Assembly (NCBI GenBank): GCA_050115495.1
Contig: JASFQK010000032.1
Coordinates: 1-64,000, forward strand
DNA length: 64,000 bases
Source: Phycisphaerae bacterium
Lineage (GTDB): Bacteria; Planctomycetota; Phycisphaerae; UBA1845; Fen-1342
Direction: 5' to 3'
Made by a program: the position numbers and the translations under genes. Positions 1-9,012 of this stretch are shown in pieces (position 1 is the stretch's first letter; every line of letters starts with the position of its first letter). Under the pieces are notes generated by a model. That model was not told where the DNA came from and made no database searches. It saw only the letters and a program-made list of their open reading frames with translations.

Positions 1-299
1 CCCGAATAGAAAACGGGCGCCACCCGATGCGCTAAAGGTCGCGGGCGGACCGTCAAGTCAACCCATCACGACCCCGCGCACCGGGCAGCGCCCGCATGAT
101 AAGCGCGGACACTCACCCGGGGCGAGGCTGCCCTGGCCGTGGTGGCACATATGACACGTAGTGCCTGTTGGCGGTCGTCCTGCCAAGACAGTTCTCGAAT
201 GCTGTCCTACACAGTACTCGAATTGAACGTAAATTGCAAGTAAGTTGCATTTATATTTCTTTCAGTTTTCGCTGTGCCAGCATCCACGATAATGCGAGC

Positions 300-557
300 A
301 TGGCTCGTTATAAGCAGATGTCCTCGCGCCTCCCGGAACCGGTCTACGACCGCTACTCCACCTTGGAGCACGGCCACAAGCAACTTGCCTGCGCGGCCGG
401 CCTCCTCCTGTACCTTCAATGTGACGAAGAAAGCCAATGGCTCTACCGCGAATGGGCCAAGGCAATTGCGGAGGGTCGCGCCGACATAGACCAGCCACCA
501 CCCGGCGTGCGAAGGTTGATCCCGAAGACTACGCACGCCAAGAAGAAGAATCGCTAG
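300..557 (+). CDS. Small hypothetical protein, possible ribbon-helix-helix DNA-binding protein
   Basis: ATG at 300 follows an AT-rich stretch (about 205-270). The N-terminus MARYKQMSSRLPEPVYDRYSTL has the alternating-strand + LP + helix pattern of RHH/CopG proteins. Basic C-terminal tail. Confidence 0.45.
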   Translation: MARYKQMSSRLPEPVYDRYSTLEHGHKQLACAAGLLLYLQCDEESQWLYREWAKAIAEGRADIDQPPPGVRRLIPKTTHAKKKNR

Positions 558-878
558 CTTTGCGCGCCACCGGTGCTGCTGGGCACGCTGGTCCGAAGAA
601 GAGTCGCCCTACGGACTCCTGACGCAGGGTTGGGATTGGCGGGAGGCATGAGCCAAGGTCGAAGAGCGGATGTAAGCTGTGGAAGCGCGGTGGGAAGGGC
701 GAAGGTAGGCGGGGAGCGCGAGGCGGGTGGGGCGTGAGTTGATCGTGGGGTTGCTCCGCGGCGAAGAAGTCCACCAGCCATTGGCAGGTGCCACACTGGC
801 AGGCTAACGCGACGACGCGAGAAATCAGGCGGGTCCCGCTGCGAAAAGACAGTGGCGGGCGGGGCGGGGTTGTGCCAG

Positions 879-1132
879 CACTGGTGGGCAAGCCACCAGT
901 GGCACCCGCGCTGCGCGAGAGAGGAGAGCAGGAGAGAGTAGAGAGTAGAGCGAAAGACATGCCGGCGCCTAAGGCTTCAGCATGCCACACCCCCGACACG
1001 GAGGTCGGACGCTACGGCGCGGGTCGTGTGATTGTTGGCATTCGACGTCGGCCACGGGGGGCCGACGCTACGGACGGCCGGCACGGAGACCGGCCGCTAC
1101 GAGGACATCCGGTGCGGAGCCCGGACGCTACC
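879..1132. repeat. Composite REP-like hairpin array (GGGTGCCACTGG-type, GTGTGGCATG-type and four GTAG-type units)
   Basis: Units: cactggtgggcaagccaccagtggcaccc (879-907); catgccggcgcctaaggcttcagcatgccacac (about 958-990); four hairpins ending in cgctac (GTAGCG on the - strand) at about 993-1014, 1043-1071, 1075-1100 and 1108-1131. All units recur elsewhere in the window. Confidence 0.85.
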
Positions 1133-2171
1133 GGTGCGGGCGGCGGAGGCCGGCGCGGGGTTCCAGCCAAAGGTCGGTGAGGTCGCCGGCGAGGAGGCGG
1201 CGATAGCCCGTCGCCGCGACCATGGCAGCGTTGTCAGTGCAATACTCGGCGGGGGTCAGATGCAACGTGATGCCGGCATCGGCACAGCTTGCCGCCAAAC
1301 CACGCCGCAGGGCGCCATTGGCCGCCACGCCGCCGCCGACGACAACATTCTTCACGCCGACGTGCTGCGCCGCCGACACCGTCTTGGCGATGAGCGTCTC
1401 GACGAGAGCGGCCTGGAAGCTGGCGGCGATGTCGGCGAGCTCGCCCGCGCTGAGGTGGGCGACCGAGCCATATTTGCGCCCCGGGCCGTACACGTGGTAC
1501 AGCACCGCGGTTTTGAGGCCGCTGAAGGAGAAGTTGAAGTGCGGTTCGTGGATCCAGGGGCGGGGGAAGCGGATCGCCGACGGGTTGCCGGGTTGGGCGG
1601 CGCGCTCGATGACGGGGCCACCGGGATAGCCGAGCTCGAGCAGCGCGGCGACCTTGTCGAAGGCCTCGCCGGCGGCGTCGTCGACGGTCTGGCCGAGGAG
1701 CGTGACGTCGAGGAAGTCGCGGACGAGGTAGAGCGATGTATGGCCACCACTGACGACGAGGGCGACGGCCGGCCAGGGCGGTGAGTCGGTCAGCAAAGCG
1801 GCGCTGGTCGCGTGAGCTTCGATATGATCGACGGCCACGAGCGGCAGGTTGTAGAGCAGGCTGAGCGTCTTCGCCGCCGTCACGCCGATGAGTAGCGAGC
1901 CGACGAGACCGGGGCCGGCGGTGACGGCGATGGCGTCGAGGGCGTCGTAGCGGCAGCCGGCCTGCTCGAGGGCTTGTTCGAGGATGGGGGCGATCTGCTC
2001 GACGTGGGCGCGTGAGGCGATTTCCGGCACGATGCCGCCGTAACGGGCGTGCAGTTTGACCTGCGAGCTGACGACGTTGGCGCGGACGTCGCGGCCGTCG
2101 ACGACAACGGCGGCGGACGTTTCGTCGCAGGACGTTTCGAGGCCGAGGATGCTGGTGGGTTGGGTGGTCAT
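1128..2171 (-). CDS. tsaD: tRNA N6-threonylcarbamoyladenosine biosynthesis protein TsaD
   Basis: ILGLETSCDETS, GGIVPEIASRAH, GPGLVGSL, HIEAH, VSGGHT, DDAAGEAFDK and YCTDNAAMV motifs. Start set at MTTQP (ATG 2171), 12 nt after a TATAAT. Confidence 0.97.
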   Translation of the reverse strand: MTTQPTSILGLETSCDETSAAVVVDGRDVRANVVSSQVKLHARYGGIVPEIASRAHVEQIAPILEQALEQAGCRYDALDAIAVTAGPGLVGSLLIGVTAAKTLSLLYNLPLVAVDHIEAHATSAALLTDSPPWPAVALVVSGGHTSLYLVRDFLDVTLLGQTVDDAAGEAFDKVAALLELGYPGGPVIERAAQPGNPSAIRFPRPWIHEPHFNFSFSGLKTAVLYHVYGPGRKYGSVAHLSAGELADIAASFQAALVETLIAKTVSAAQHVGVKNVVVGGGVAANGALRRGLAASCADAGITLHLTPAEYCTDNAAMVAATGYRRLLAGDLTDLWLEPRAGLRRPHR

Positions 2172-2197
2172 GTTTTCTGAGGGATTATAGGGGGAAA

Positions 2198-2371
2198 GCA
2201 ACCCCTTCGGCTGCGCTCAGGGTGCCGAGGCAACGAGGGTTCGCGGGCGGGGATCGGCTGGCGGGGCGAACGATTATCCCCCACACGACGTCGGCCACGG
2301 GGGGCCGACGCTACTGCCCGGTGCGAAGCCGGGTTGGTAATCGACGGCCGACACGGAGGGCGACCGCTACG
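2198..2371. repeat. Composite REP-like block, left copy of a direct repeat flanking the TPR gene
   Basis: gcaaccccttcggctgcgctcagggtgccgaggcaacgagg...cgattatcc...cacacgacgtcggccacggggggccgacgctac (2198-2314) closely matches 4322-4438. A second cgctac-ended hairpin follows. Confidence 0.85.
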
Positions 2372-2424
2372 GGGGTGGTTCGCTTTCCGCCGGGACGGGT
2401 GGCTTGGCAGATGCGGCGTTCGGG

Positions 2425-4143
2425 CTACTCGGACGATTGCAGCGCGTTGGCCCGTTGCAGCACGGCGTCGGCCTCGGCTTTGCGGTCCAGCGCCTCGAGT
2501 ACCGCGCCGTAGAGCTTCATATTGAACACGCAGTGGTCGATGGCCTTGGTGTCCTGCTGGTTCTCTTGCACGACCTTCTCCCAGATCGCCACGGCGCGTT
2601 TGGCGAGCGGTTCGGCTCGGGCGTACTCTCCCTGCCGGTAGCATATGTTGGCGAGCAGTCCAAACCGCCTGCCCAGATTCGGCTGTCCCAGATCCGGAAG
2701 CTGCTCGGCAAGGGCCAGCGACCGTTCGGCGAGAGGCCGGGCCTCAACGAGTCCCTGTTGGATGGAGAGCGCCCAGGCGAGCTCAAACAAGCACAATTCC
2801 AAATCCCCGCGGCTGGCGCCGTCAGTCTGCTCCGTGATGGCGAGCGCCCGTCGCGCGAGAGACTCGCCCCGCTCGTAGTCTCCCTTGTCTTCATACAACA
2901 CGCCGAGCCGCCTCACGTACTCGACGACGCCGAGATGATCCGGACCCAGATCTCTCTCGGCGTTGGCCAGGGCGCGCTGGTAGAACGGCTCTGCCTCATC
3001 GTATTTCCCCTGCCAGTACAGCACGTCGCCGAGGCAGACGGTGCACCTCTGCACGAGCGGATCCGTGGCGGGCAGATGCCGCTCCGCAAGGGCCAGGGCA
3101 CGCCGGGCCGGCGGTTCCGCCAAAGCGTATCGGCCCGTTGCCCAGTAGACCACAGCCAAGGCGCGCAACGGCACGATTGCATCAGGGTGATTTTTGCCCC
3201 GAACCTTGTCGATAACGGAGATCGTCCGTTTGTAAAGAGGTTCGGCTTCGTCGCGCTTGCCTTGATTGTGCAACACGCAGGCGAGGCTCTGCAGAACAGG
3301 TATCCGATCCGGATCGCGGGCGCGCGTGTGTTTCTCCGTGATGGCGAGCGCCCGGCGGGCCAAAGGCTCAGCCTCGCCGTCTCGTCCCTGGCCGGACAGG
3401 ATCGTCACCAGAACACTCAGCACCCTCCCCACATCCGGGTCGTCAGCGTCGCGTTCCTTCTCGCAGATGGCCAGCGAACGCCGGGCAGGAACCTCGGCCT
3501 CGTTGTATTTTTCCTGAGCCACACGGGCCCGACTGAGCCAATACAGAACGACGGCCACCTCAATATCATCAGGCCCACGGGCACGTTCAACTGATGGCAG
3601 CAGTTGCGCACAGACAGACTCCGCTTCCTCGTACTTGCCCTGGCCCAAGTACTCCTGACACAGGGTCAGTTGACTATCCGTACAGCTAGCTTCCCAGACC
3701 ACACGCCAGCGACGGTCTTCAATCTCCTCGCGGAAGATGTAGACATAGCCGGGTTGGGCATCGACGGTGTAGTTCAGGCACTCCTCAGAGCGCGAGTACA
3801 ACGGACAGGAACCGCTGCCACCCAGGAAGTAGGTGTCGTACTCGAAGGAGAGCTCGTGACGCCCGGGCAGGACCTCGACGGAGAAGATGCCGTCACGCGA
3901 GCCGTTGTAGGCGCCGTTGCCGTTCCAGTAGTTACGGCCGGGCTTGCCGTCCACCTTGAGCAGGTACAAGGGGATCGCGCCTTTGAGTATCGCGACCTCG
4001 GTGGAGGGCTTGGGTGGTCCCTCGTAGAGACGATGGGTGCCGGTGCAACCCACCAGCGAGAGGGTTAAACAGATGCCCGGGATGAGCAGGAATGATCGCA
4101 GGCGGCGCGGTCTGATCCAGTGCTGTTGGCCTCGGTCCATCAT
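2425..4143 (-). CDS. Predicted lipoprotein with kinesin-light-chain-type (about 42 aa) TPR repeats
   Basis: Lipobox-like LSLVGC after a hydrophobic stretch. Repeated QGKYxEAEPLxxRALAIxEKxxGxxHP units over the C-terminal two thirds. Confidence 0.85.
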   Translation of the reverse strand: MMDRGQQHWIRPRRLRSFLLIPGICLTLSLVGCTGTHRLYEGPPKPSTEVAILKGAIPLYLLKVDGKPGRNYWNGNGAYNGSRDGIFSVEVLPGRHELSFEYDTYFLGGSGSCPLYSRSEECLNYTVDAQPGYVYIFREEIEDRRWRVVWEASCTDSQLTLCQEYLGQGKYEEAESVCAQLLPSVERARGPDDIEVAVVLYWLSRARVAQEKYNEAEVPARRSLAICEKERDADDPDVGRVLSVLVTILSGQGRDGEAEPLARRALAITEKHTRARDPDRIPVLQSLACVLHNQGKRDEAEPLYKRTISVIDKVRGKNHPDAIVPLRALAVVYWATGRYALAEPPARRALALAERHLPATDPLVQRCTVCLGDVLYWQGKYDEAEPFYQRALANAERDLGPDHLGVVEYVRRLGVLYEDKGDYERGESLARRALAITEQTDGASRGDLELCLFELAWALSIQQGLVEARPLAERSLALAEQLPDLGQPNLGRRFGLLANICYRQGEYARAEPLAKRAVAIWEKVVQENQQDTKAIDHCVFNMKLYGAVLEALDRKAEADAVLQRANALQSSE

Positions 4144-4321
4144 GACGCCCTTCCTCGTTGATCACCTGGCCTGTGCGACGGTACACGCCGACGGAGAGGG
4201 TGGTTCCCCTGATTCGCGAAGGAGCCTCACCCCTGTCACAGCCACGCGGGCGGTCGCACGCGAAACAACGGAAGCATGCTACAGGAAGACGGTCCGGGGA
4301 GACAAGGGGGGCGGGAAGAAG

Positions 4322-4470
4322 GCAACCCCTTCGACTCTGCTCAGGGTGCCGAGGCAACGAGGCATTGCGGGCGGGGGTTGGTTGGCGAAGCGGACGATTA
4401 TCCGGCACACGACGTCGGCCACGGTGGGCCGACGCTACAGACGGCCGGCACGGAGACCGGCCGCTACGGG
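4322..4470. repeat. Composite REP-like block, right copy of a direct repeat flanking the TPR gene
   Basis: Matches 2198-2314. Also contains cggccggcacggagaccggccgctac, identical to 1075-1100. Confidence 0.85.
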
Positions 4471-4485
4471 GGTAGCCGGCGCGAG

Positions 4486-5409
4486 CTACCGGCGGTGGCT
4501 GCGTTGGGTTAGGAACTCGACGAGGGCTTTGTCGAAGGGCATCGCCGTGTCGAGGGGGACGTAGTCGGCGCGGGCGGCGGCTAGGCTGCGGCTGAGCTCG
4601 GTTCGCCAGCTTTCGATCGCCTCGACGTAGCGGGCGCGGACGGCGGAGGCGTCGGCGACGATCGTTTCGCCGGACTCGGGGTCCTCCAGCCGCAGGCTGC
4701 CCGTGAACGGAAAGCGCACCTCGGCCGCGTCGAGGACGTGCATGACGATCAGGTCGTGGCCGCGGAAACGGACGTGGTGCAGGGCTTCGAGCACGGCGGC
4801 GCGGTCGGTGAGCAGGTCACTCAGCACGACGATCAGGCCACGGTGCGGGACCTGAGTGAGGGCCTGGTGGATGCCGTCGGCGAGGCCGGTCTGTCCCTGC
4901 GGCACGACCGAGGCCAGCGTGCGGAGCAGGTCGACCAGATGACCGCGTCGCGACCGGGCGGGCAGCATCTGCTGGAGACCCTCGCCGATGAGGCCGAGCC
5001 CGACGGCGTCCTGCTGGCGGGTGACGAGGTAGCCGAGGGCGGCGGCGAGGTGAATGGCGTAGAGGAGCTTGCCCGCCGGCTGGGGCGAGGGGAGGTGCCG
5101 CGGGCCGAGGCCGCCGACGTAGCCCATGCTGGCCGAGGTGTCGACGAGGAGATAGCACTCCAGGTGCGTTTCGGCGTTGTATTGTCGGACGTAGAGGCGG
5201 TCGGTGCGGGCGAAGACGTTCCAGTCGATGGAGCGGGGGTCGTCGCCGTGGACGTACTTGCGGTGCTCGCTGAACTCGACGGAGAAGCCGTGCAGGGGTG
5301 AGCTGTGCAGGCCGGCGAGGAAGCCCTCGACGATGAAGCGGGCCCGCAGGTCGAGTTGGCCGACCTGCTGGACGACTTTCGGGTCGAGGTATTGGGCGAG
5401 CGAAGCCAC
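4486..5409 (-). CDS. DUF58 family protein (usually MoxR-associated, VWA-like)
   Basis: GLHSSPLHGFSVEFSEHRKYVHGDDPRSIDWNVFARTDRLYVRQY, LLVDTSASMGY and IVVLSDLL motifs. Confidence 0.92.
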   Translation of the reverse strand: MASLAQYLDPKVVQQVGQLDLRARFIVEGFLAGLHSSPLHGFSVEFSEHRKYVHGDDPRSIDWNVFARTDRLYVRQYNAETHLECYLLVDTSASMGYVGGLGPRHLPSPQPAGKLLYAIHLAAALGYLVTRQQDAVGLGLIGEGLQQMLPARSRRGHLVDLLRTLASVVPQGQTGLADGIHQALTQVPHRGLIVVLSDLLTDRAAVLEALHHVRFRGHDLIVMHVLDAAEVRFPFTGSLRLEDPESGETIVADASAVRARYVEAIESWRTELSRSLAAARADYVPLDTAMPFDKALVEFLTQRSHRR

Positions 5410-5519
5410 CGTGAGTCGCCGGCCTTTCCCGCGGGGCCGCGTCGACGGCGGGACCGTCGACGGGGGCGGCCGCGGATCGTATTATCACGGATTCCAACCC
5501 CTGCGAAAGGAGAGCGCCG

Positions 5520-6512
5520 ATGTGCGTTTCCCGAACTCTGTGGCTGACTCCCGGCATGATCGCCCTGTTCCTGCTCTGCGGCTGCGACAGCAAGCCGTCT
5601 GGCCCGGCGACGTCCCAGGCGGCCGGCGGCCAGCGGAGCAGCCCGCTCAAGGTAGGCTTCTCCCAGATCGGTGCGGAAAGCGCCTGGCGGACCGCCGAAA
5701 CCGAGTCCATCAAGGCGGAGGCGGAGCATCGCGGCGTGAAGCTGATTCAATCCGACGCTCAGCAGAAGCAGGAGAATCAGATCAAGGCGCTGCGGAACTT
5801 CATCGCGCAGAAGGTCGACGCGATCGTCCTGGCGCCGGTCGTGGAGACGGGCTGGACGCCGGTGCTGAAGGAGATTCAGCGGGCGGGCATTCCGGTGATC
5901 CTGGTGGACCGCGGAGTGGATGTGCCCGATCCGTCGCTCTACGCGACGCTGATCGCCTCGGATTTCGTCGAGGAAGGCCGGATGGCGGCCCGCTGGCTGG
6001 CGGGGATGCTCGGGGCGGAGGGTAATATCGTCGAGCTGCAGGGCACGCCGGGAGCGGCGCCGGCGATCGATCGGCGGAAGGGTTTCGCCGAGGTGCTAGC
6101 GGAGCATCCGGGGCTGCGCATCATCAAGTCGCAGTCCGGGGACTTCACGCGAGCCAAGGGCAAAGAGGTCATGGAGGCGTTCCTCAAGGCCGAAGGGGCG
6201 AACATCCAGGCCGTGTACGCCCACAACGACGACATGGCCCTGGGGGCGATTCAGGCGATCGAAGAGGCGGGGCTGAAGCCGGGGAAGGACATTCTCATCG
6301 TGTCGATCGACGGTGTGCGGGCGGCGTTCGAGGCGATGGTCGCCGGGAAGCTGAACTGCACGGTCGAGTGCAACCCGCTGCTGGGGCCGGCGGCGTTCGA
6401 CGCGGTCGAGAAGGTGCTGGCGGGCGAGCAGGTGCCCAAGTGGACGGTGGTCCACGACGAGATCTTCGACCAGTCCGTGGCCGCGGACGTCATCGACAGC
6501 CGCAAGTATTGA
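5520..6512 (+). CDS. ytfQ: Sugar ABC transporter substrate-binding lipoprotein, YtfQ (galactofuranose/arabinose) family
   Basis: Lipobox LCGC. VGFSQIGAESAWRTAET, SDAQQKQENQIKA, PVVETGW, HNDDMALGAIQA and VECNPLLGP motifs typical of YtfQ. Confidence 0.9.
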   Translation: MCVSRTLWLTPGMIALFLLCGCDSKPSGPATSQAAGGQRSSPLKVGFSQIGAESAWRTAETESIKAEAEHRGVKLIQSDAQQKQENQIKALRNFIAQKVDAIVLAPVVETGWTPVLKEIQRAGIPVILVDRGVDVPDPSLYATLIASDFVEEGRMAARWLAGMLGAEGNIVELQGTPGAAPAIDRRKGFAEVLAEHPGLRIIKSQSGDFTRAKGKEVMEAFLKAEGANIQAVYAHNDDMALGAIQAIEEAGLKPGKDILIVSIDGVRAAFEAMVAGKLNCTVECNPLLGPAAFDAVEKVLAGEQVPKWTVVHDEIFDQSVAADVIDSRKY

Positions 6513-6546
6513 ACGCCGAGCCGCCGCGTCGGTTGTGGAGAACGGC

Positions 6547-9012
6547 ATGCGCAAGGTGACGGTGATGATGGTGGTGCTGGGCCTGGGGACGGCGGCGGGG
6601 ATGGCGGATGAGCGGATCCGTGGGTTGGCGCGGCCGGAGACAGAGGCGACGAACAGCTTCTACGTCGGCAATCGCCCACCGCTGCTGCCGAGCCCGCTGG
6701 TGAAGCTGCCGATCGGCGCGATCAAGCCGGAGGGCTGGCTGCACACGCAGCTCCGGCTGCAGGCGGACGGCTTCATCGGTCACCTGCCGGAGATCAGCGA
6801 GTTTCTGGAGAAAGACGATAACGCCTGGCGCGCCCCCGACGGGCTCGGTGAGCACGGGTGGGAAGAGGTGCCCTACTGGCTGAAGGGCTTCGGCGACATG
6901 GGCTACGTGCTGCAAGACCTGCACGTCATCGCTGAGGCGCGCGACTGGATCGAGGCGGTGCTGGCCAGCCAGCAGGACGACGGGTACTTCGGGCCGCACG
7001 CCAACCTGACGCGGCTCGACGGCAAGCCCGACCTGTGGCCCAACATGATCATGCTCGACGCCATCCGTTCGTACTACGAGTACACCGGCGACGAGCGCGT
7101 GCCGGCGTGGATGGCCGCCTACTTTCGGTGGGAGCTGGCGGTGCCCGAAGAGGACTTCCTCCTCCCCTTCTGGCAGCAGCAGCGGGCGGCGGACAACCTG
7201 GCCAACGTCTACTGGCTGTACAACCTGACCGGCGAGTCGTGGCTGCTCGAACTGGCGGAGAAGATCCACCGCCGAACCGCCGACTGGACGGGCGGCGTGG
7301 CCAACTGGCACGGCGTGAACATCGCCCAAGGCTTCCGCGGACCGGCGGTCTACTACCAGCAGTCGAAGGATCCGGCTCACCTGGCGGCTACGGAGCGTGA
7401 CTACGCCGAAGTGATGGGGATGTACGGGCAGGTGCCGGGGGGCATGTTCGGCGCTGATGAGAATTGCCGGCCGGGTTTCACCGGGCCGCGGCAGGCCGCC
7501 GAGACGTGCACGATGGTCGAGTTCATGCTGTCGTTCGAGAACCTGCTGAAGATCACGGGTGAGCCGCTTTGGGCCGATCGGTGCGAAGAGGTTGCTTTCA
7601 ACTCGCTGCCGGCTTCGATGACGCCGGATCTGAAGGCGTTGCACTATCTGACGGCGCCGAACCTGGTACGCTGCGATCGGCAGAGCAAGTCGCCGGGTGT
7701 GGAGAACGGCGGCGACATGTTCTCGTTCAACCCGCACCAGTACCGCTGCTGCCAGCACAACGTGAGTCACGGTTGGCCGTACTACGCGGAGCATCTGTGG
7801 CTGGCGACGCCGGACGAGGGGCTCGCGGCGGTGCTGTACGCACCATCGCGGGTGCGGGCGAAAGTCGCGGGTGGGAGCGAAGTGACAATCAGCGAAGAGA
7901 CGCGCTATCCGTTTGACGAGTTGGTCCTGCTGACGGTGTCGACGCCGGAACCGGTGCGTTTCTCGCTGTATCTGCGGCGGCCGGCCTGGTGCACGGCGCC
8001 GACGCTGAAGATCAACGGTGACGAGCGGCCCTGGCCGGAAGAGCCGGCGGCGTACGCGGTCATCGAGCGCACGTGGACGGAGGGCGATCGCCTCGAGCTG
8101 CGGTTGCCGATGCCACTGACGGTGAAGCGCTGGCCGAAGAGCCACAACTGCGCCTCGGTGCAGCGCGGGCCGCTGACATATGCGCTGAAGATCGGGGAGG
8201 AATGGGAGCGGGCCGGCGGGACGGACGAATGGCCGGGCTTCGAGCTACTGCCCACGACGCCGTGGAACTACGGGCTCGTGTTGGACAAGGAAGATCCGAC
8301 GTCGACGCTGAAGGTCTTGCCGCGGCCGGAGCGCTGGGCGGATCAGCCGTTCACGCCCGAGGCGGCGGTCATCGAGTTGGAGGTGCCGGCCCGGCGAATT
8401 CGGGCGTGGCAGGAGGATTACTGGGGGCTCGTCGGACCGCTGCAGGACAGCCCGGTGCGTTCGAACGAGCCGGTCGAGATGGTCATGCTGATTCCGATGG
8501 GCTGCGCCCGGTTGCGGATCGCGGCGTTTCCGGTAATCGGCAGCGGCCCGGAGGCGGTGATCTGGAAGGCTCGGCCCGAGCGGAAGGAGCCACTGCCGGC
8601 GAGCGCCTCGCATTGCTACGAGGGTGACTCGCTTGGCGCGCTGAGCGACGGGCTCGAACCGAAATCATCGAAGGACCAGACCATTCCGCGGTTCACCTGG
8701 TGGGATCGCCGCGGGTCGGTCGAGTGGGTGCAGTACGACTTCGCCGAACCGCGCAGCGTGAGCGAGGCCGAGGTGTACTGGTTCGACGACGGCCCGGAGG
8801 GCGGTTGCCGGCCCCCAGCCTCGTGGCGACTGCTGTATCGCGTGCGGGACAAGTGGCAGCCGGTGAGCGGATCGATGGTGTACGGCGTGCGGCGCAACCG
8901 CTTCAACAAGATCGAGTTCAAGCCGGTAACGACGACGGCTGTGCGCATCGAGGTCGAGCTGCGCGACGGCTTCTCCGGCGGCATCCTGGAGTGGAGGATT
9001 GCGTCGCCGTGA
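6547..9012 (+). CDS. Secreted GH127/GH146-like beta-L-arabinofuranosidase with C-terminal discoidin (F5/8-like) domain
   Basis: Signal peptide; GWEEVPYWLKG, WHGVNIAQG, AETC and RCCQHN (Cys/Glu zinc and catalytic cluster of GH127). C-terminal EWVQYDF...VYWFDD...GILEW beta-sandwich. Confidence 0.85.
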   Translation: MRKVTVMMVVLGLGTAAGMADERIRGLARPETEATNSFYVGNRPPLLPSPLVKLPIGAIKPEGWLHTQLRLQADGFIGHLPEISEFLEKDDNAWRAPDGLGEHGWEEVPYWLKGFGDMGYVLQDLHVIAEARDWIEAVLASQQDDGYFGPHANLTRLDGKPDLWPNMIMLDAIRSYYEYTGDERVPAWMAAYFRWELAVPEEDFLLPFWQQQRAADNLANVYWLYNLTGESWLLELAEKIHRRTADWTGGVANWHGVNIAQGFRGPAVYYQQSKDPAHLAATERDYAEVMGMYGQVPGGMFGADENCRPGFTGPRQAAETCTMVEFMLSFENLLKITGEPLWADRCEEVAFNSLPASMTPDLKALHYLTAPNLVRCDRQSKSPGVENGGDMFSFNPHQYRCCQHNVSHGWPYYAEHLWLATPDEGLAAVLYAPSRVRAKVAGGSEVTISEETRYPFDELVLLTVSTPEPVRFSLYLRRPAWCTAPTLKINGDERPWPEEPAAYAVIERTWTEGDRLELRLPMPLTVKRWPKSHNCASVQRGPLTYALKIGEEWERAGGTDEWPGFELLPTTPWNYGLVLDKEDPTSTLKVLPRPERWADQPFTPEAAVIELEVPARRIRAWQEDYWGLVGPLQDSPVRSNEPVEMVMLIPMGCARLRIAAFPVIGSGPEAVIWKARPERKEPLPASASHCYEGDSLGALSDGLEPKSSKDQTIPRFTWWDRRGSVEWVQYDFAEPRSVSEAEVYWFDDGPEGGCRPPASWRLLYRVRDKWQPVSGSMVYGVRRNRFNKIEFKPVTTTAVRIEVELRDGFSGGILEWRIASP

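Noticed and set aside
529..999. Short ORFs over this repeat block, and similar ORFs at 21427-22082, 39184-39540 and 45410-45808
   Set aside because: They are translations of REP-like repeats (recurring ATGGLPT and DVGHGGPTL peptides), not genes.
879..1132. Tandem hairpins as a CRISPR array
   Set aside because: The units differ from each other, there are no regular unique spacers and no cas genes, and the same units are scattered in other intergenic regions like REPs.
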